The translations under genes and the position numbers were made by a program. DNA of 60,940 nucleotides, the filler included, from Sluysia triapertura (taxonomy: Eukaryota), in assembly GCA_046118255.1 (NCBI GenBank). It is 5 parts of 5 records of this genome, joined end to end, with 100 filler letters (N's around TTAATTAATTAA, not from the genome) between each part and the next. Parts side by side here need not be neighbours in the genome. Positions count along the whole stretch, not along the records: positions 1 to 12,080 come from JBJNIA010141281.1; positions 12,181 to 27,212 come from JBJNIA010240771.1; 3 more parts are not named here. One strand, written 5' to 3'. The notes beneath the pieces were generated by a model. That model saw nothing but the letters and a program-made list of their open reading frames with translations, was not told the DNA's origin and ran no database searches. Shown here piece after piece: positions 11,995-24,750 of this stretch; positions within the stretch are counted from its first letter, which is position 1, and the number at the start of each line of letters is the position of its first letter.

Positions 11995-12080
11995 TAATGT
12001 AAATTAATAATAATAATAATATATTAATTTATATTGCGCTTATATCTACCGCGAAAGTACTCAAAAGCGCTTAAGGTAAA
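11995..12080 (-). mobile_element. L2 LINE 3' tail at contig end
   Basis: attaatttatattgcgcttatatctaccgcgaaagtactcaaaagcgcttaa is the reverse complement of the 28250-28310 tail. Confidence 0.7.
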
Positions 12081-12180
12081 NNNNNNNNNNNNNNNNNNNN
12101 NNNNNNNNNNNNNNNNNNNNNNNNTTAATTAATTAANNNNNNNNNNNNNNNNNNNNNNNNNNNNNNNNNNNNNNNNNNNN
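12081..12180. other. Artificial contig spacer N44-TTAATTAATTAA-N44
   Basis: Identical 100-nt construct also at 27213-27312, 38252-38351 and 49868-49967; the 12-mer has stops in all six frames. Confidence 0.97.
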
Positions 12181-12285
12181 CTATTCCCCGATTTACACGG
12201 TACTTGTTTTACACGGTTTTCCAAATAAGTTTTTTTACGTTTTTCCCAGGAACGTATCTACCGTGTGAATCGGGGATTCCAAGTA
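12181..12285. mobile_element. Short pogo/Tigger-like (Tc1-mariner) MITE
   Basis: Inverted repeats attccccgatttacacgg / ccgtgtgaatcggggatt, right end flanked by TA; left end cut by the spacer. Confidence 0.55.
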
Positions 12286-12728
12286 ATATTTAGATTAATT
12301 AATCGTTGTCGAAAAATGATATGTTCGTATACACAATAAAAACGAGATGAACTATTTTGATTGTCACCAATTTCGAATATACCTCAAAATCTGTGTTTCT
12401 CTGGAATTAAAATAATAAGAACTGTGAAAATTATCCTTACTTTAATAACATTCGAAGATTCTTTTGCATTGAAATATTTTAAGCGTCCAGTGTTAAATTT
12501 ATTTCATCTTAAGGGTTTGAAAGTACATTGAAACAGATATTAAGAAATGTAATTAGCGTAGTTGAAAGTTTTAAATAATTGTCTTGCTGATTTCTGCAAT
12601 TGGTATAAGCTGATGTTTGATATGGATCGAAATGTATAAGAAAAGTCATGTGATAATTAGTCAATCTATATAATGAGACACCTTCGATTTGCTTTCATTT
12701 TCTTTCTTTGAGATTGTATGAAAAAACT

Positions 12729-12778
12729 ATTATTATTATTATTATTATTATTGTTATTGTTATTATTATTATTATTAT
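12729..12778. repeat. (TAT)n microsatellite
   Basis: Directly visible. Confidence 0.9.
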
Positions 12779-15700
12779 GACTATAATAACATTATTAAAT
12801 AAAAATTATTAGGAAATGAAATTTAATTAATAAAATATCCTGAGACTACAAATAAGTATTTAATGAATTAAAAAACTACTAATGGTTTTCAAAAAATTAT
12901 ATTAATGGATTTTTAAAATTATTTAATAAATTATTGGGTTTAATTAATGGAAAAAATTGAACGGATTGTTTCAAAAAATTAATGGATAATTTAATGTAAT
13001 CCATTCTCAGTATAAACAGACTCAATAAACACAATATTGTACACAGTTTTATAAATTCTTAAATACCCATTTTAATTAAATCGAATTGATTGGAAGAAAC
13101 ATAATTATCATCGATTCGTAAACACCCGATTGAGATATCAAAGATTTATTATCATATATCCCTGGAGAACAATAATTTATCACATTAATGAAGTAGTAAG
13201 TTTAATTTTTATAAGTTGTGCAATCTCGTAAGAGTTTAAAAATATTACTTAAATTATTCATATTTCCGTTGGTCCTTAAGGCCAATGATAAAATCATCTT
13301 AAATTCTTTAATACTAATTTGACCGAGCCTTTATTAGATTACGTTCTTTGAATTAAACTTATTATCATTATTATTATTGTTTATAATTCGTCTGGACAAT
13401 TTTGTTACAAAATGTTGTATTATTAATTCGTCGATAGAATGTACCTTAATAACACTTGTTTTTATTCCACGAATACGAATAGTTCATTAATACACGTTAT
13501 TGAATTATCGATAAATTTTTAACGATATTTTTGAATAAGGTGTTTTTACTTTGCGATACAACTACGAATAATTTATTAACAAACAAATAATTGAGTAACT
13601 AAATCATTAATAAATTTTACATATATTTGACATCAAATATTTCTTTATTGAAATAGCGCATCCTCACTTGACTGGTAAAGGGATCTATTGAATCATTCAT
13701 TGCATATTAGCTACGCTCGCGTACTTACAAATATGCCACTGATAAGCCGTATAATGTAAGCGAACTCGGTCAATCTGTTTTGCTGATTAGGATAAATTTT
13801 GTACATAAAACCACAACCCGGGCAAATTACCTCTTCCAGTAGATATAGTATTAGAACATTAGCAAATAATTTAGATCGTAAATTAGAATTAACTAATGTG
13901 GAAATAAATATTCAAATTCAAGACAAAGTTCGGAGATGACTGAAATGATTCAAGTTAAACAATGAATAATTTATAATTAAACACCAAATACAAGTCCAAG
14001 AAATTAAAAAGGTCAAAGATAATGTAGCTGAAAATATTGGCGAAAAACTACAAGAAAAATAGAAAAATGAGAAAATTCTACTTGACATTTTAAATATTGT
14101 CCAGTGTTCTCTTATTTTTTTGACAATGCATGTAAACAATGAAATGAAAGTTGCTTATTCTAATTATATTGCGGACATTTTAAAGACCTCATGAATACAT
14201 CATAAAGATATCGTGAAGACATCATCATGAAAAAAAGTTATCAGCCACACCTACTATAGGCTGATTCATAGCATTTTGTGCAATTGATATAAAAGAAATA
14301 AAAGTCACAAAATAATAAAATTGATAGACAGATAAATCGATTACAACGAGAAAGATGAGTACATTGCACATCATTTATTAATTATGGATAAATGCTAATT
14401 GTCATTCATTCATTGACACGTTTTACTACATAAAAATTAACTACATAAGCGAGTTGATTTCACAATGAACCAATAATTATATTTTATCTAACGTTATTGA
14501 AAGGAAAACCATGCGTTAGATACCAGTTATATTATTAGAGGATAAGGGTTTGTTATTACTCCGCTTTACTCCGTTTATATTTCTTTGGAACATTAAAGTT
14601 TTTCTTGTTTACATCATTTATTTGGAATATTTAACTTTTATTCGTGATAATTGATAAATTTATAACTATTCACCAAATAATTTATAATTATTCTTAATAT
14701 TTGAATTAGACTTTAAATGATTCATTAAAAAAGTCTACTTAAGAAAATGTTAAGAAATTTAATACATTGTTTCTTTGTTTCATCAATTATTATTATTAAT
14801 AATTACGACTTGTCGACGTAACTTGTTATATCTTTGGAAAGTTCATATTAAACATCAAAAGTTTATCGTTAATTTAAGCACTTGATTTATAATAATAAAC
14901 GAAACAATGAATATTATAAATTTTATAATTGCCATTACTACTAATTATAATCATATCTAAAAGCTAGTTCAAGATAGTTTGTATTTTTGTTTTAATAACT
15001 TCATCATGCACTTAATCATGTTTCTGGTTCAAAATGGAACAATCCTCATATACTTTTATAATTATTGTACCGAAATGAAAATTTTTTAACAAAAGTCGAT
15101 GTGCTTTTCTTCAAACAATATCCTAAAAAATTAATATTAAAGTCAATTCAATCAAAGCATCATTAAAACGAATAGTTTTGTAACGAGGAAAATCTGAAAG
15201 ATAAAACAAATATTTGAAAAGTTTAACAGCTATTCTAATCCGGGATTTATTGTAGCCAGTTTCTTGAATACTTTCAACATTGATTTATAATGTTCATAAA
15301 TCATTTTTTAGGGGTAGTAATTATTTATTACTTGTAACTATCACATTAGAAAAATAGTTTAAACATAAATTTCAATTTGTAATAAACAAAACTTGATTTT
15401 TTAAAATTTTTATTCTATTATTATTTAAAAGTTTAATATTTTTTTTTAGTGTTTTTAATTCGAGAAAAATTTCAAAAATAAATTATTAAAACATTAAATT
15501 ATTAAGCTAAAACATTTCCATTTTGTTAGAGTTCATTAAAAGTATTACTTAAAACAAATAACAAAATTGGATTTTAATTTTTAAAGTTTTTTTACAAATT
15601 TTTTCAAAATTATTCTCTTATTGTTATATTTCTTTGAAAATTCAGTTGAAACAATTTTGAAACACGATCATCAAAAGTAATTATTTCCAATTTTAGTTAT

Positions 15701-16285
15701 TTTTATTTTTCTTATTTTCTACTAGAAAATAATAACACAATATGTTTTTTTTCTTTTGTATCTAACCGATATTTTCAATAAAAATTGTCATTCATTTTTA
15801 AATAATTGAATTTATTTTATTTTTCTTTAAATGTGTCAATTAAATTTAAATCATCATCATCTTCATCGTTTTTTTTATTATATTTAATTATATTAATATT
15901 TAAATTATTTAAAAATATGATTTACTTTATATGATTTAATTATTTTGAAATTGTTCAATTAAATTAAATAAATAATTTTTATTACATTTTGGATTAATCA
16001 TTTTAAATAAACATTTAAGTGAATTTTTCATTACTTATACATAAATTTTTTGAAAACTATTTTCCAAACTATTATAAAATAAGTGAATATATTATAATTA
16101 TGCCTTGATTGTAATTATCAATTCTCGATCATTGGTTTATGTAAATTGTAAGAAAATGGAAGTGTAAGAAAATAAAAATAAGTGTAATTACATTAATTAT
16201 GCGATATAATTATAATAAATTCTTAAATTATATTATTTAAATAAATTATATTATTAAATCCATTGTACAAGTAATACATTCAGTG

Positions 16286-17235
16286 TGTTGGGATAGAATA
16301 ATGATAATGTAGTTGAATATAATAAAACAAAATTGTTTGTCGGGGAAAATAGCTCAGTGGGTAGCTCAGCGAGAGGTCAAGGGTTCCATTCTCGGCCAGT
16401 CCATTTTATGGGGTCTAGCATATCGAATACCGTTCTGATGTTGAAATTAATGATTTATATGATGTTTGAGGTCAAACATAATTAAATTGGGTGAGATATG
16501 TTGGGATACAGGCCTAAAGTGCCATAGAGTAATTGTTAGACTTCGAACCCGGGATCATCGCTGCGCAGTTCGATTTATCCACCACTGAGCTATGAGCCCC
16601 GTATAACAAAATTTATTTTATTATAGTCAATTTTACCAGATGGCACTTTAGGCCTTTTTACCCCCCACATATCTCACCCAATTCAATTATGTTTGTCCTC
16701 AATCATAAATCATTAATTTCAATATCAGAAGAGTATTCGATATGTGGACTAACCAAATGTTAGACGTCATAAAATGGTTCGAACCCGGGACCTCTCCATG
16801 CTCTACCACTAAGTTATCAGCCCCGTCTAACAATTTTTAGATATTGTACTCAATTACACTATGGCACTTTAGGTCTGTATCCCAACATAATGATAATATA
16901 ATTGACTATAATAAAACAAAATTGTTAGACGGGACTGAGAGTTCAGCGAGAAGTCCTGGAATAGATTCCAGTCGGTCCATTTTTGAAGTCTAACAAATGT
17001 AAGGCCGAAAATGATATATGATAAACGGAAAAGTTCTTGCTCCACAAAGGCCATCAACAAGATTGAAAAATTGGACTATTGTTAAATTCAATAAGTGGAC
17101 TGACCGGGAATCGAACCTGGTACCTCTCACTTCACAATTGTGTAGTTCGATGCTCTGACCAATGAGCGATTGGACAATTTTGTTTTATTAGAGTCAATTA
17201 CACTATCATTATTCTGTGGCACTTTAGGCCTTTAC
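16286..17235. repeat. Cluster of about six copies of a ~220-bp unit containing a tRNA-like (A-box/B-box) module, in tandem and inverted orientation
   Basis: Units begin TGTTGGGATA..GGCCTAAAGTGCCA..TTGTTAGAC, then GGGCTGATAGCTCAGTGGTAGAGC..GGGTTCGA..TCAGTCCA. Plus copies 16286-16498, 16499-16541, ~16900-17000; minus copies 16542-16669, 16670-16887, ~17095-17235. Confidence 0.85.
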
Positions 17236-17533
17236 TTCTTTTACAGTCTTTTCCGATCAGCGAGTCATTCTGTGAAAATAAAATCAAAAAAACAGTTTCT
17301 GATGAAAGGACCAATAAATTAAATAAAAATCAAATTATTATCAAACATTACTTAAAACAATAAATAAATAAATAATCACAATTTTCATTAATTTTATGAT
17401 TATTAATTAAACACTTTTATCATAAAATAAACTACTTATTAATGTAAATAGTTAATAAACATTTATTTTCAAATTGTTTACATACAAATATCAAAAGTTT
17501 CTATTACTCAATTTATTATTAAATAGACAAATG

Positions 17534-17591
<58 letters not shown>
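17534..17591. repeat. (AAT)n microsatellite
   Basis: Directly visible. Confidence 0.95.
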
Positions 17592-19604
17592 TTTCGACAA
17601 ATATAAAAATTATATCATTCATAACCGTCCATCAAGCATTGAATTGTTAAAATTAATCATGCGGATATTGTTTTGAAATTATAATTTATATTTTAAAATA
17701 GTGCTACAATATTTGGTTATACATATATATAATACAATAATGCTATATTGAAATTCTAAATAAATTCCTCTATTGTTTATTTTATTTTGATTACTGTGTT
17801 TCAAAAATGCACCCCACTTCAATTAATTTAATAGTTCTATTTAATGACGAAGTCCACTTTTTTAAAATGCTAATCTAACGTCGAAATTTCAGTTCGATAA
17901 TGATAACGAAAAAAAAATGAAATATAATTATAATGATTATTATTTTTCTTCAGTATTATCAAAAAAAATTCTCATCAAATATTTGTTTATTTATGTATTT
18001 GTTTACCTAGTTTTGTTTGTTTAAATTATAGCTTATAATTTATTTGGTTATAGATGCATTTTATGAATAAAAATATGTTTATATCTACAATTTATAATAA
18101 TAATCATAAATAATCATAATAATAATATTTACAATTTATAGTAAAAGGTCGTAACATTCATTTATTTATTTATAATACGATTTTTAAACATTTCGATCAA
18201 TTATTTCCAAAAATAGATTATTATGTCATAAGATTTTTAATAAATATAAATCCAATTAAGACGTGATTTTTTGAAGATTTATTATTTTATTCAAATTTGT
18301 AGTTGAATACTGTAACTCCTTTATTTTAATATCTACGACATTATCGTATTTTGCAATTAATTAATGGAAATGTTTGATAAAACAAATATAAAAGTATGTT
18401 ACAAATTAATAATAACAAAATTAACGATAAAATTAATGGTACGATGCAAGTTAACTAGAAACAAAAAAATAACTGAAAAATAAATATCATAATTATTTGC
18501 TAATAATAAAATATATTAATTATAATCGTATCAAATTTAGTGAAGCAAAACCAATATTAGAAATATTTATATATTTGTTTATTCGAATAAGTAATTAATA
18601 GTTGAATATATGATCATTTAAACAAATTACATTATAAATAATTATTAAACATGAAAAACATTAAAAATATCATTCATGCACCACAAAAAGCATGAAAAAA
18701 AACATTACTAAAGAAGATCTTAATCTAAGTTTAACCTAAGATTATTTATTTGTTATTTAAAAATTAAATCAAATAACAAAATGTAAATATTAAATTTCGT
18801 AATATTAAATCTAAAATCTATGGAAAATAATACTCATTTTTAACATCAAAGAATATTTATAATATATAAAACTTTTAAGATCGATAAATATCACTGAAAT
18901 CTGTTAAATAATGAATAATTAAAACTGAGATAATTAAAAAATTCAAAATTCCTAAATAACTCTGAAAAATTTTTTAATACGTTTATATACACATCACATT
19001 ATTAATGAGAAATATTTAGTAACAGATGAATAGTTTCTGTTTTTACTGACTTAATTTTAGTAATATATAAATTAAAATCATATGGATAAATATTAATTAT
19101 TAATGTAATTGTTGAAGTATTATAAAATTTAGCAGATCTAGCAAACACATGTAATAATAATTAATTATTAATATCATTAATTGGCAATTTCCCTAATAGT
19201 CTTAAGGTTTTTTCTTAATTCAGAATATGATGATTCTGCCTTTAGCAGTAATTATAATAAATATGCTTAATACGTTTTTTCTCGAAACGAAATATTAAGA
19301 CATTCTCACGATAATTAAATTGATATTTTCAATTATTTATGTATTTTGTTTTTACAAATCATAAATTCTTAATTTAAGTGTTTTTTATATTTTTATAATG
19401 ATTTTCATTTTTATATAGAAAAATTGTAACATTTTTTGGTGTTTTAATAATCATAATAAAAATGACCTTCCATCTTAAAACCATATGAATTTAAATACAT
19501 AATAATCAAAAATGTCTAAAAATAAATCTACGAATTATCAATGTCAGTTTCTAATAAAACAAATGTTTCAGCATTGTGATTATTTTTTGATATTTGTTCA
19601 TCAA

Positions 19605-20194
19605 TTATGTGACTGTCTTGAATTTTTTAAAAGCACATAATTTATTATTTAAATCATTAATTGATTTTTCGTCAGTTATTGTATGATATTTCCGATTAAT
19701 ATTTGTTTCATTGATATTCGTTTTACTGTTTTCAACTAAACGTCTATCTCTGTTGGTACCAGTATCGATCATATTGTTTCGAATTATACGTCGTTTAAAA
19801 AGTAAGCTTGCAAAAGCTCTTCTGAAATTATCCGACAAAAATGCATATAAAATCGGATTGACCATACTGTTGAAATGTGACAAACAATTGCTGATGACAT
19901 GAATAGTTCGAAATGTTTCCACCAGGGTCACCAAGGTAGATTTGGATTATAAATACAGATTGAATTGGAGTCCAGCAAAGTGCAAATACAACTATAACGA
20001 TAATAACCATTTTTGTGACTCGTTTTTTAGCAATTACTGCTTCTGATGAGTGTGCAGTATTGGCACGACGACCGCACAGTAATTTGCAAATCAATAAACC
20101 ATACAGAACTGATATGATAATAACTGGAAACAAATGAAACATACAAAAGAATAAAGTGTAAGACATTTTATTGAATTGGTTATTATCTTGCCAC
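19605..20194 (-). CDS. Terminal exon (ECL2-TM5-TM6-TM7-C-tail) of a class A neuropeptide GPCR, allatostatin-A/galanin receptor-like, with a +1 frame break near 19915-19935
   Basis: Acceptor tttcag|g at 20195/20194. TM5 HLFPVIIISVLYGLLI and TM6 AKKRVTKMVIIVIVVFALCWTPIQ are in ORF 19828-20208; TM7/helix 8 SNCLSHFNSMVNPILYAFLSDNFRRAF is in overlapping ORF 19605-19934. Upstream exons (TM1-4) not recognised. Confidence 0.85.
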
Positions 20195-20259
20195 CTGAAA
20201 TTATACAAGGAATAATGTCTAAATTATAAAATGATTATATTGTTAAGTTTTTTTGGATA

Positions 20260-20550
20260 ATGACTGGATTAATAACGTTACAATTATTATTTACAACTGT
20301 ATTAATATGCATAGGCTCATCTATGAATTTTGGATATACTATCGCTGTATTAAGTAATTCGGAACTCTTCAAAGACAAAATTATCTACGAAACTCATTCA
20401 ACAAATTTTTTATGTTTTGATGACTATGGTAGAAATTGTTACCCGATAAATGACTCATTAAATCGGATTTGCTCAGATAGCTATCGATCATATCATCTTA
20501 AAGACAAAGATACTCAAACTGTAAATTATAATAAGTGTACTATGTCATGA
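20260..20550 (+). pseudogene. N-terminal fragment of an SLC2A/GLUT-type sugar porter (TM1 and first loop), truncated
   Basis: MTGLITLQLLFTTVLICIGSSMNFGYTIAVLSN resembles the GLUT TM1 signature (GSSFQFGYNxAVxN); the frame ends at TGA 20548-20550 and further stops follow. Confidence 0.55.
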
Positions 20551-23500
20551 CAGTATCATATAACGACTCAAACTCAGATGAATGTTTCTAACTGTCGACA
20601 AGATGAAACTAAAGATAGATGATGCTTTTATCGAAATATGTACGAACAATTAAAAATCCTATTATAAAATATAGTGATAATTTATTTAATCCAATGTCAC
20701 CTGATTCCATGTTTCATGGTGCAGTGCCATTCCCAACTAATAAGTCACTTTATCCTCCAAGTATTCAATATAATTTGTCATTACAATGTCAAAGGACTCT
20801 CAATATCAATAACATACATTTCTCACATGAAAATTCTCGTTCCAGTCCTTTCCCTAAAACGTATTTTTATATTTTTTAAATACACATTTGTTTTTTTAAC
20901 GAGATAACAGATTTTGTTAAGCTTTTAAATTTCCTAGTTATTTCAGGCCTTAAGCCTATTTTGTTAGCAATTTTAAAATTAATATTTAATTCATTTCTAA
21001 CATAAATGTTTGATGTAGCGACGATCTTACGTCTTGATCAGCGCAGTGAAGTACAACGACAGGTACAACTTGAATAGATTCGGCCTAAAGATAAGGATGT
21101 TTTCTGGGTTTAGTGAACGAATGTATTAGGAACTACTAGGTACGTATTGCTATTTGTAGTGGAGGTATATAATGAAATTATAAGTATGCTATTTCAATAA
21201 TGAATATTAGAGATCTAATGAGAGATTACTTTATTTTTACTTAATTTTATTTTACTTTTAAAAGACTTATAACGTTTAATATGGATAAGAATAAAAAGAT
21301 TGTTACGATAAAGGCAGAATTCTTAATAAAAAAGGATTGTAAACTTAATTTATAACATGCGTAGAAGAACAAATGAAATGTACACTAACCTTAATTTCTG
21401 AATAAAAATGATAACCCTTTTTGTGATAATTGATATGTAAGTTATTAATATCTACTATAAAATAAATACTCAAAGAATTGTGAGAAGCGCTATGTTATTC
21501 TTCATAAAAAAATGAATTTGATTTGTATTGGTATTGAATTGATTGACTTTGATAACGGTGTTATTGAGAATTGGATTTATTCTTCTGGCTCTTATTACTG
21601 TTTCTTCGATAATCTTTTTTGTTTTGTTTATTTGTTAATAGTTATAATGAAAATTAGTGAGATATAATAAACTATCATTGTAGGATTTTTGAAATCATCG
21701 TGAATATTTACATTACCGTATATCTATTGATGTAAGCCCTATTACGATTATAGTTCTTGATAATTTTAATAAAATTATTATTAAATGTAATTAAATCATT
21801 TATTGTTTTGTATGAACAACGTGCTAAGGAAGCAAAATTGAACTAGTTCCTGGATGAATGCTTTTAGACGTGTATGAAGACCGTTTTGATAATATGTGGT
21901 TCCACATGTATATTCATAGACGTTTTGATATGGTAAAGGGTTAAAGTTTTATATACTTCAGAATAATATTTGTGACAATAAAACTATCGAAATAGAAGTG
22001 TTAAAAATTATCATTGTTTTTAATGGTTCTCTTGCAGAGTTTTTCAGAGTATTTGTTGGGGGTTTGAATTTTTTTATTATCTTATTTTATGAATTATATA
22101 GGTAATCGGTATAATTTTATATTAGAGAAAAAAATTTTAATTTAATTTATGTTTGGTATGAATGAAAGGTAAAATATTTAAAACTTATTTTAATACCTGT
22201 CAATAATACTTATTTATTGCTATTATTATTACTGTAATGGTGATAGTGGTAATAATATTGTTATTGTTAATATTATTATTGTTGAACTTTAATATTCTTT
22301 ATTGTTTATGTGTTCTTTTGATTCAATTACTATTATTATACTTTCTTTTTCTAAAATGGGTGATATTTTTAACATCTTGACTGAATTTTATTGGGAACAA
22401 TGTATTGAAGTGCACGCATTTTCCTGACTAATCATTTGTTGGTGATAATGACTTCTTTTTCTTAAAATGTCAAAATGTAGACCAATAATAATAAGTCTAC
22501 AAAGATAATTATAATTTTCATTAATCTTACAAGTGTTAACAAGGAACTTTAGTTTCTGTATTTTTTATTTTATACATTACAGCCATGATTTTGAATTGTA
22601 GTGATTATCAGTATAATTCTTAATGTGAGATGTTACATGCGATCTTCTTCGCACTTAGAAAATTATTCAATAGTAATTGTAATTTTTGAACTTTTCTCTA
22701 TAATAGCGTTATTGATTACTGAATCTGATCGTTCCAATTATTAAAGATTGCAACGAAATTATCTCTAAATAAATCAACAATACAAATAATATTGTCATTC
22801 ATTTTTCAATATGAAGAATTTATATTCCCGTGATTCTGCCCTGCCTTTATTATTTTACAAATATTTGTCTAAAATAAACAAACATTTTTGTAAAAAGTGC
22901 TGTTTTTCAATAAAATACAAAATGATAGTTTTGTTCGAGTGTCATATGTACTTGCATTACTCGTCTAACGTCATATAACGAGAGATTAATATACAAAGAT
23001 TATTCAGAAACTTGGATAATATTAAATTTTTCATTAAATTTTAAGTACTCATAAACAAAATTAATCGATTATTTGCAGTGAAGATGGTATTCGATATGTA
23101 ATTGGTTATGTTGGTAACTTCACGTATCTTCATGTTTTAAGAACTTATATTGATTTGGATTAGAATTATTGGATATTTTACTACTACAGCAAAAATATAC
23201 TATACTAAATAAATATTTTTCAAACTGATTTGTTATTTCTTATTATCTAACACTAATATGTACAATAAATTACGGAAGTGTTGTTCACCAAGCACAATTC
23301 GGCTCAAAACGCCAGCGCAACTATATCAAGCAAATTAGCACTATTAAATGTCTGAAAGTGCCGCATGAAGACATTATTTATTGAATCTTGTAGTGATTCT
23401 TTTATTTTTTTCGACTTTCAAATTAATAAATTTATTTTAGTATTATGTATCTTAAACGGTTGTAGGCACTTAATATTAATGTAAAATTATTAATGCTCTG

Positions 23501-23983
23501 TGAAGTTAAAAACGGGTACCATTCTGTAGGTAAAAACTTATTGCAAATATCGCACATAATATTGCAATAATATTATTGTATAAATTACATATTCAAACAA
23601 TATCTATAAGCTCAAACAGTACGCTCATTTCCAATTTATTCACACATAAAATTCACTGGGAAATATGTCCGAGCAAGAACCCACCAACATTCATTTTGAG
23701 AATGCATGTGTTTTAACGGAAATATACATGTATTTTCATCAATATTATCATTATTATTAATATTAATATTANNNNNNNNNNNNNNNNNNNNNNNNNNNNN
23801 NNNNNNNNNNNNNNNNNNNNNNNNNNNNNNNNNNNNNNNNNNNNNNNNNNNNNNNNNNNNNNNNNNNNNNNNNNNNNNNNNNNNNNNNNNNNNNNNNNNN
23901 NNNNNNNNNNNNNNNNNNNNNNNNNNNATTATTATTAATATTATGAACATTATTATTAATAGTATTATAAATATTATCATGAT

Positions 23984-24069
23984 TACCACCGAACTATCAG
24001 CTCCGTCTAACAAATATATTTTATTATAGTCAATTTTACCAAATGGCACTTTAGGTATTTAACCCAACA
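23984..24069 (-). repeat. Truncated dispersed copy of the tRNA-like unit
   Basis: accaccgaactatcagctccgtctaacaaa..tggcactttagg..cccaaca matches the 16800-16887 copy. Confidence 0.75.
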
Positions 24070-24299
24070 TTAATATTCTCATGTCCAGATGTAAATCATC
24101 TATAAAGCGGACCTATAATTTGATATTTTGCTGAAAAGTTAAAGTTAATAAAATCCTAGCACTTATTCGCAAATATTATACCCGATTTTCCGATTACTCT
24201 TGAGCGGAACAGTGACATATTCCATCATTATCCGTATACGAATTGACGTTTGACTAGTCAATCAATATCAAAAAAGATATGTATCATGTTTATTATTAG

Positions 24300-24750
24300 T
24301 AGGCCTAAAAACGGAATACCATAGTTTTGCTGGTGATAAAGATGTAAGTTTTTAAATAAGGTTGAAGAACGTGTTCAAAATATAGTTATACCTTATTACC
24401 AAGATCAAAAAAATGAATTTAAATTCTTACGAATAATTTCAGTTTATTAATAATTATAATTCTGTAAAAAGTAGTAGCCAAACTTGTTAAAGATAATTTT
24501 AATGGTAAGTATTTAGGTGCATCACGTAATAAATGCAATTTAAGTTGAAAAATTCGTCCGACTTTATCTGTAGTATTTTATAATTTACGTGCATATGACA
24601 TTCATTATACATTGGATGAATTAATAAATTGGTAAATAATTTGCATACCACAAATTTCAGAAACGTTTCAAACTGTTGTGTCTTTTAATACTTTTATTCT
24701 TCCAAATTATTAAATTAAAATTCAATACCTAAATAATTCAAAATCTCGAT
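24300..24750 (+). pseudogene. Second decayed copy of the EndoVII-PolB N-terminal region
   Basis: Translates KLVKDNFNGKYLGASRNKCNLS*KIRPTLSVVFYNLRAYDIHY (cf. VRDHCH..GKYRGAAH..CNL..PVVFHNL.GYD.H); nucleotide similarity to the reverse complement of 33500-33700 (gttcaaaata.agttatacc, caaacttgttaaagat). Confidence 0.8.

Noticed and set aside
12125-12136. TTAATTAATTAA as a biological motif or piggyBac footprint
   Set aside because: Embedded symmetrically in N runs four times; an assembly linker.
16286-17235. Functional tRNA gene cluster or CRISPR-like array
   Set aside because: Anticodon arms are deleted or unpaired and differ between copies; there is no repeat-spacer periodicity; the context is eukaryotic.
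23636-24049. ORFs spanning N gaps (also 27257-27445, 40964-41227)
   Set aside because: Open only because N codons hide stops.
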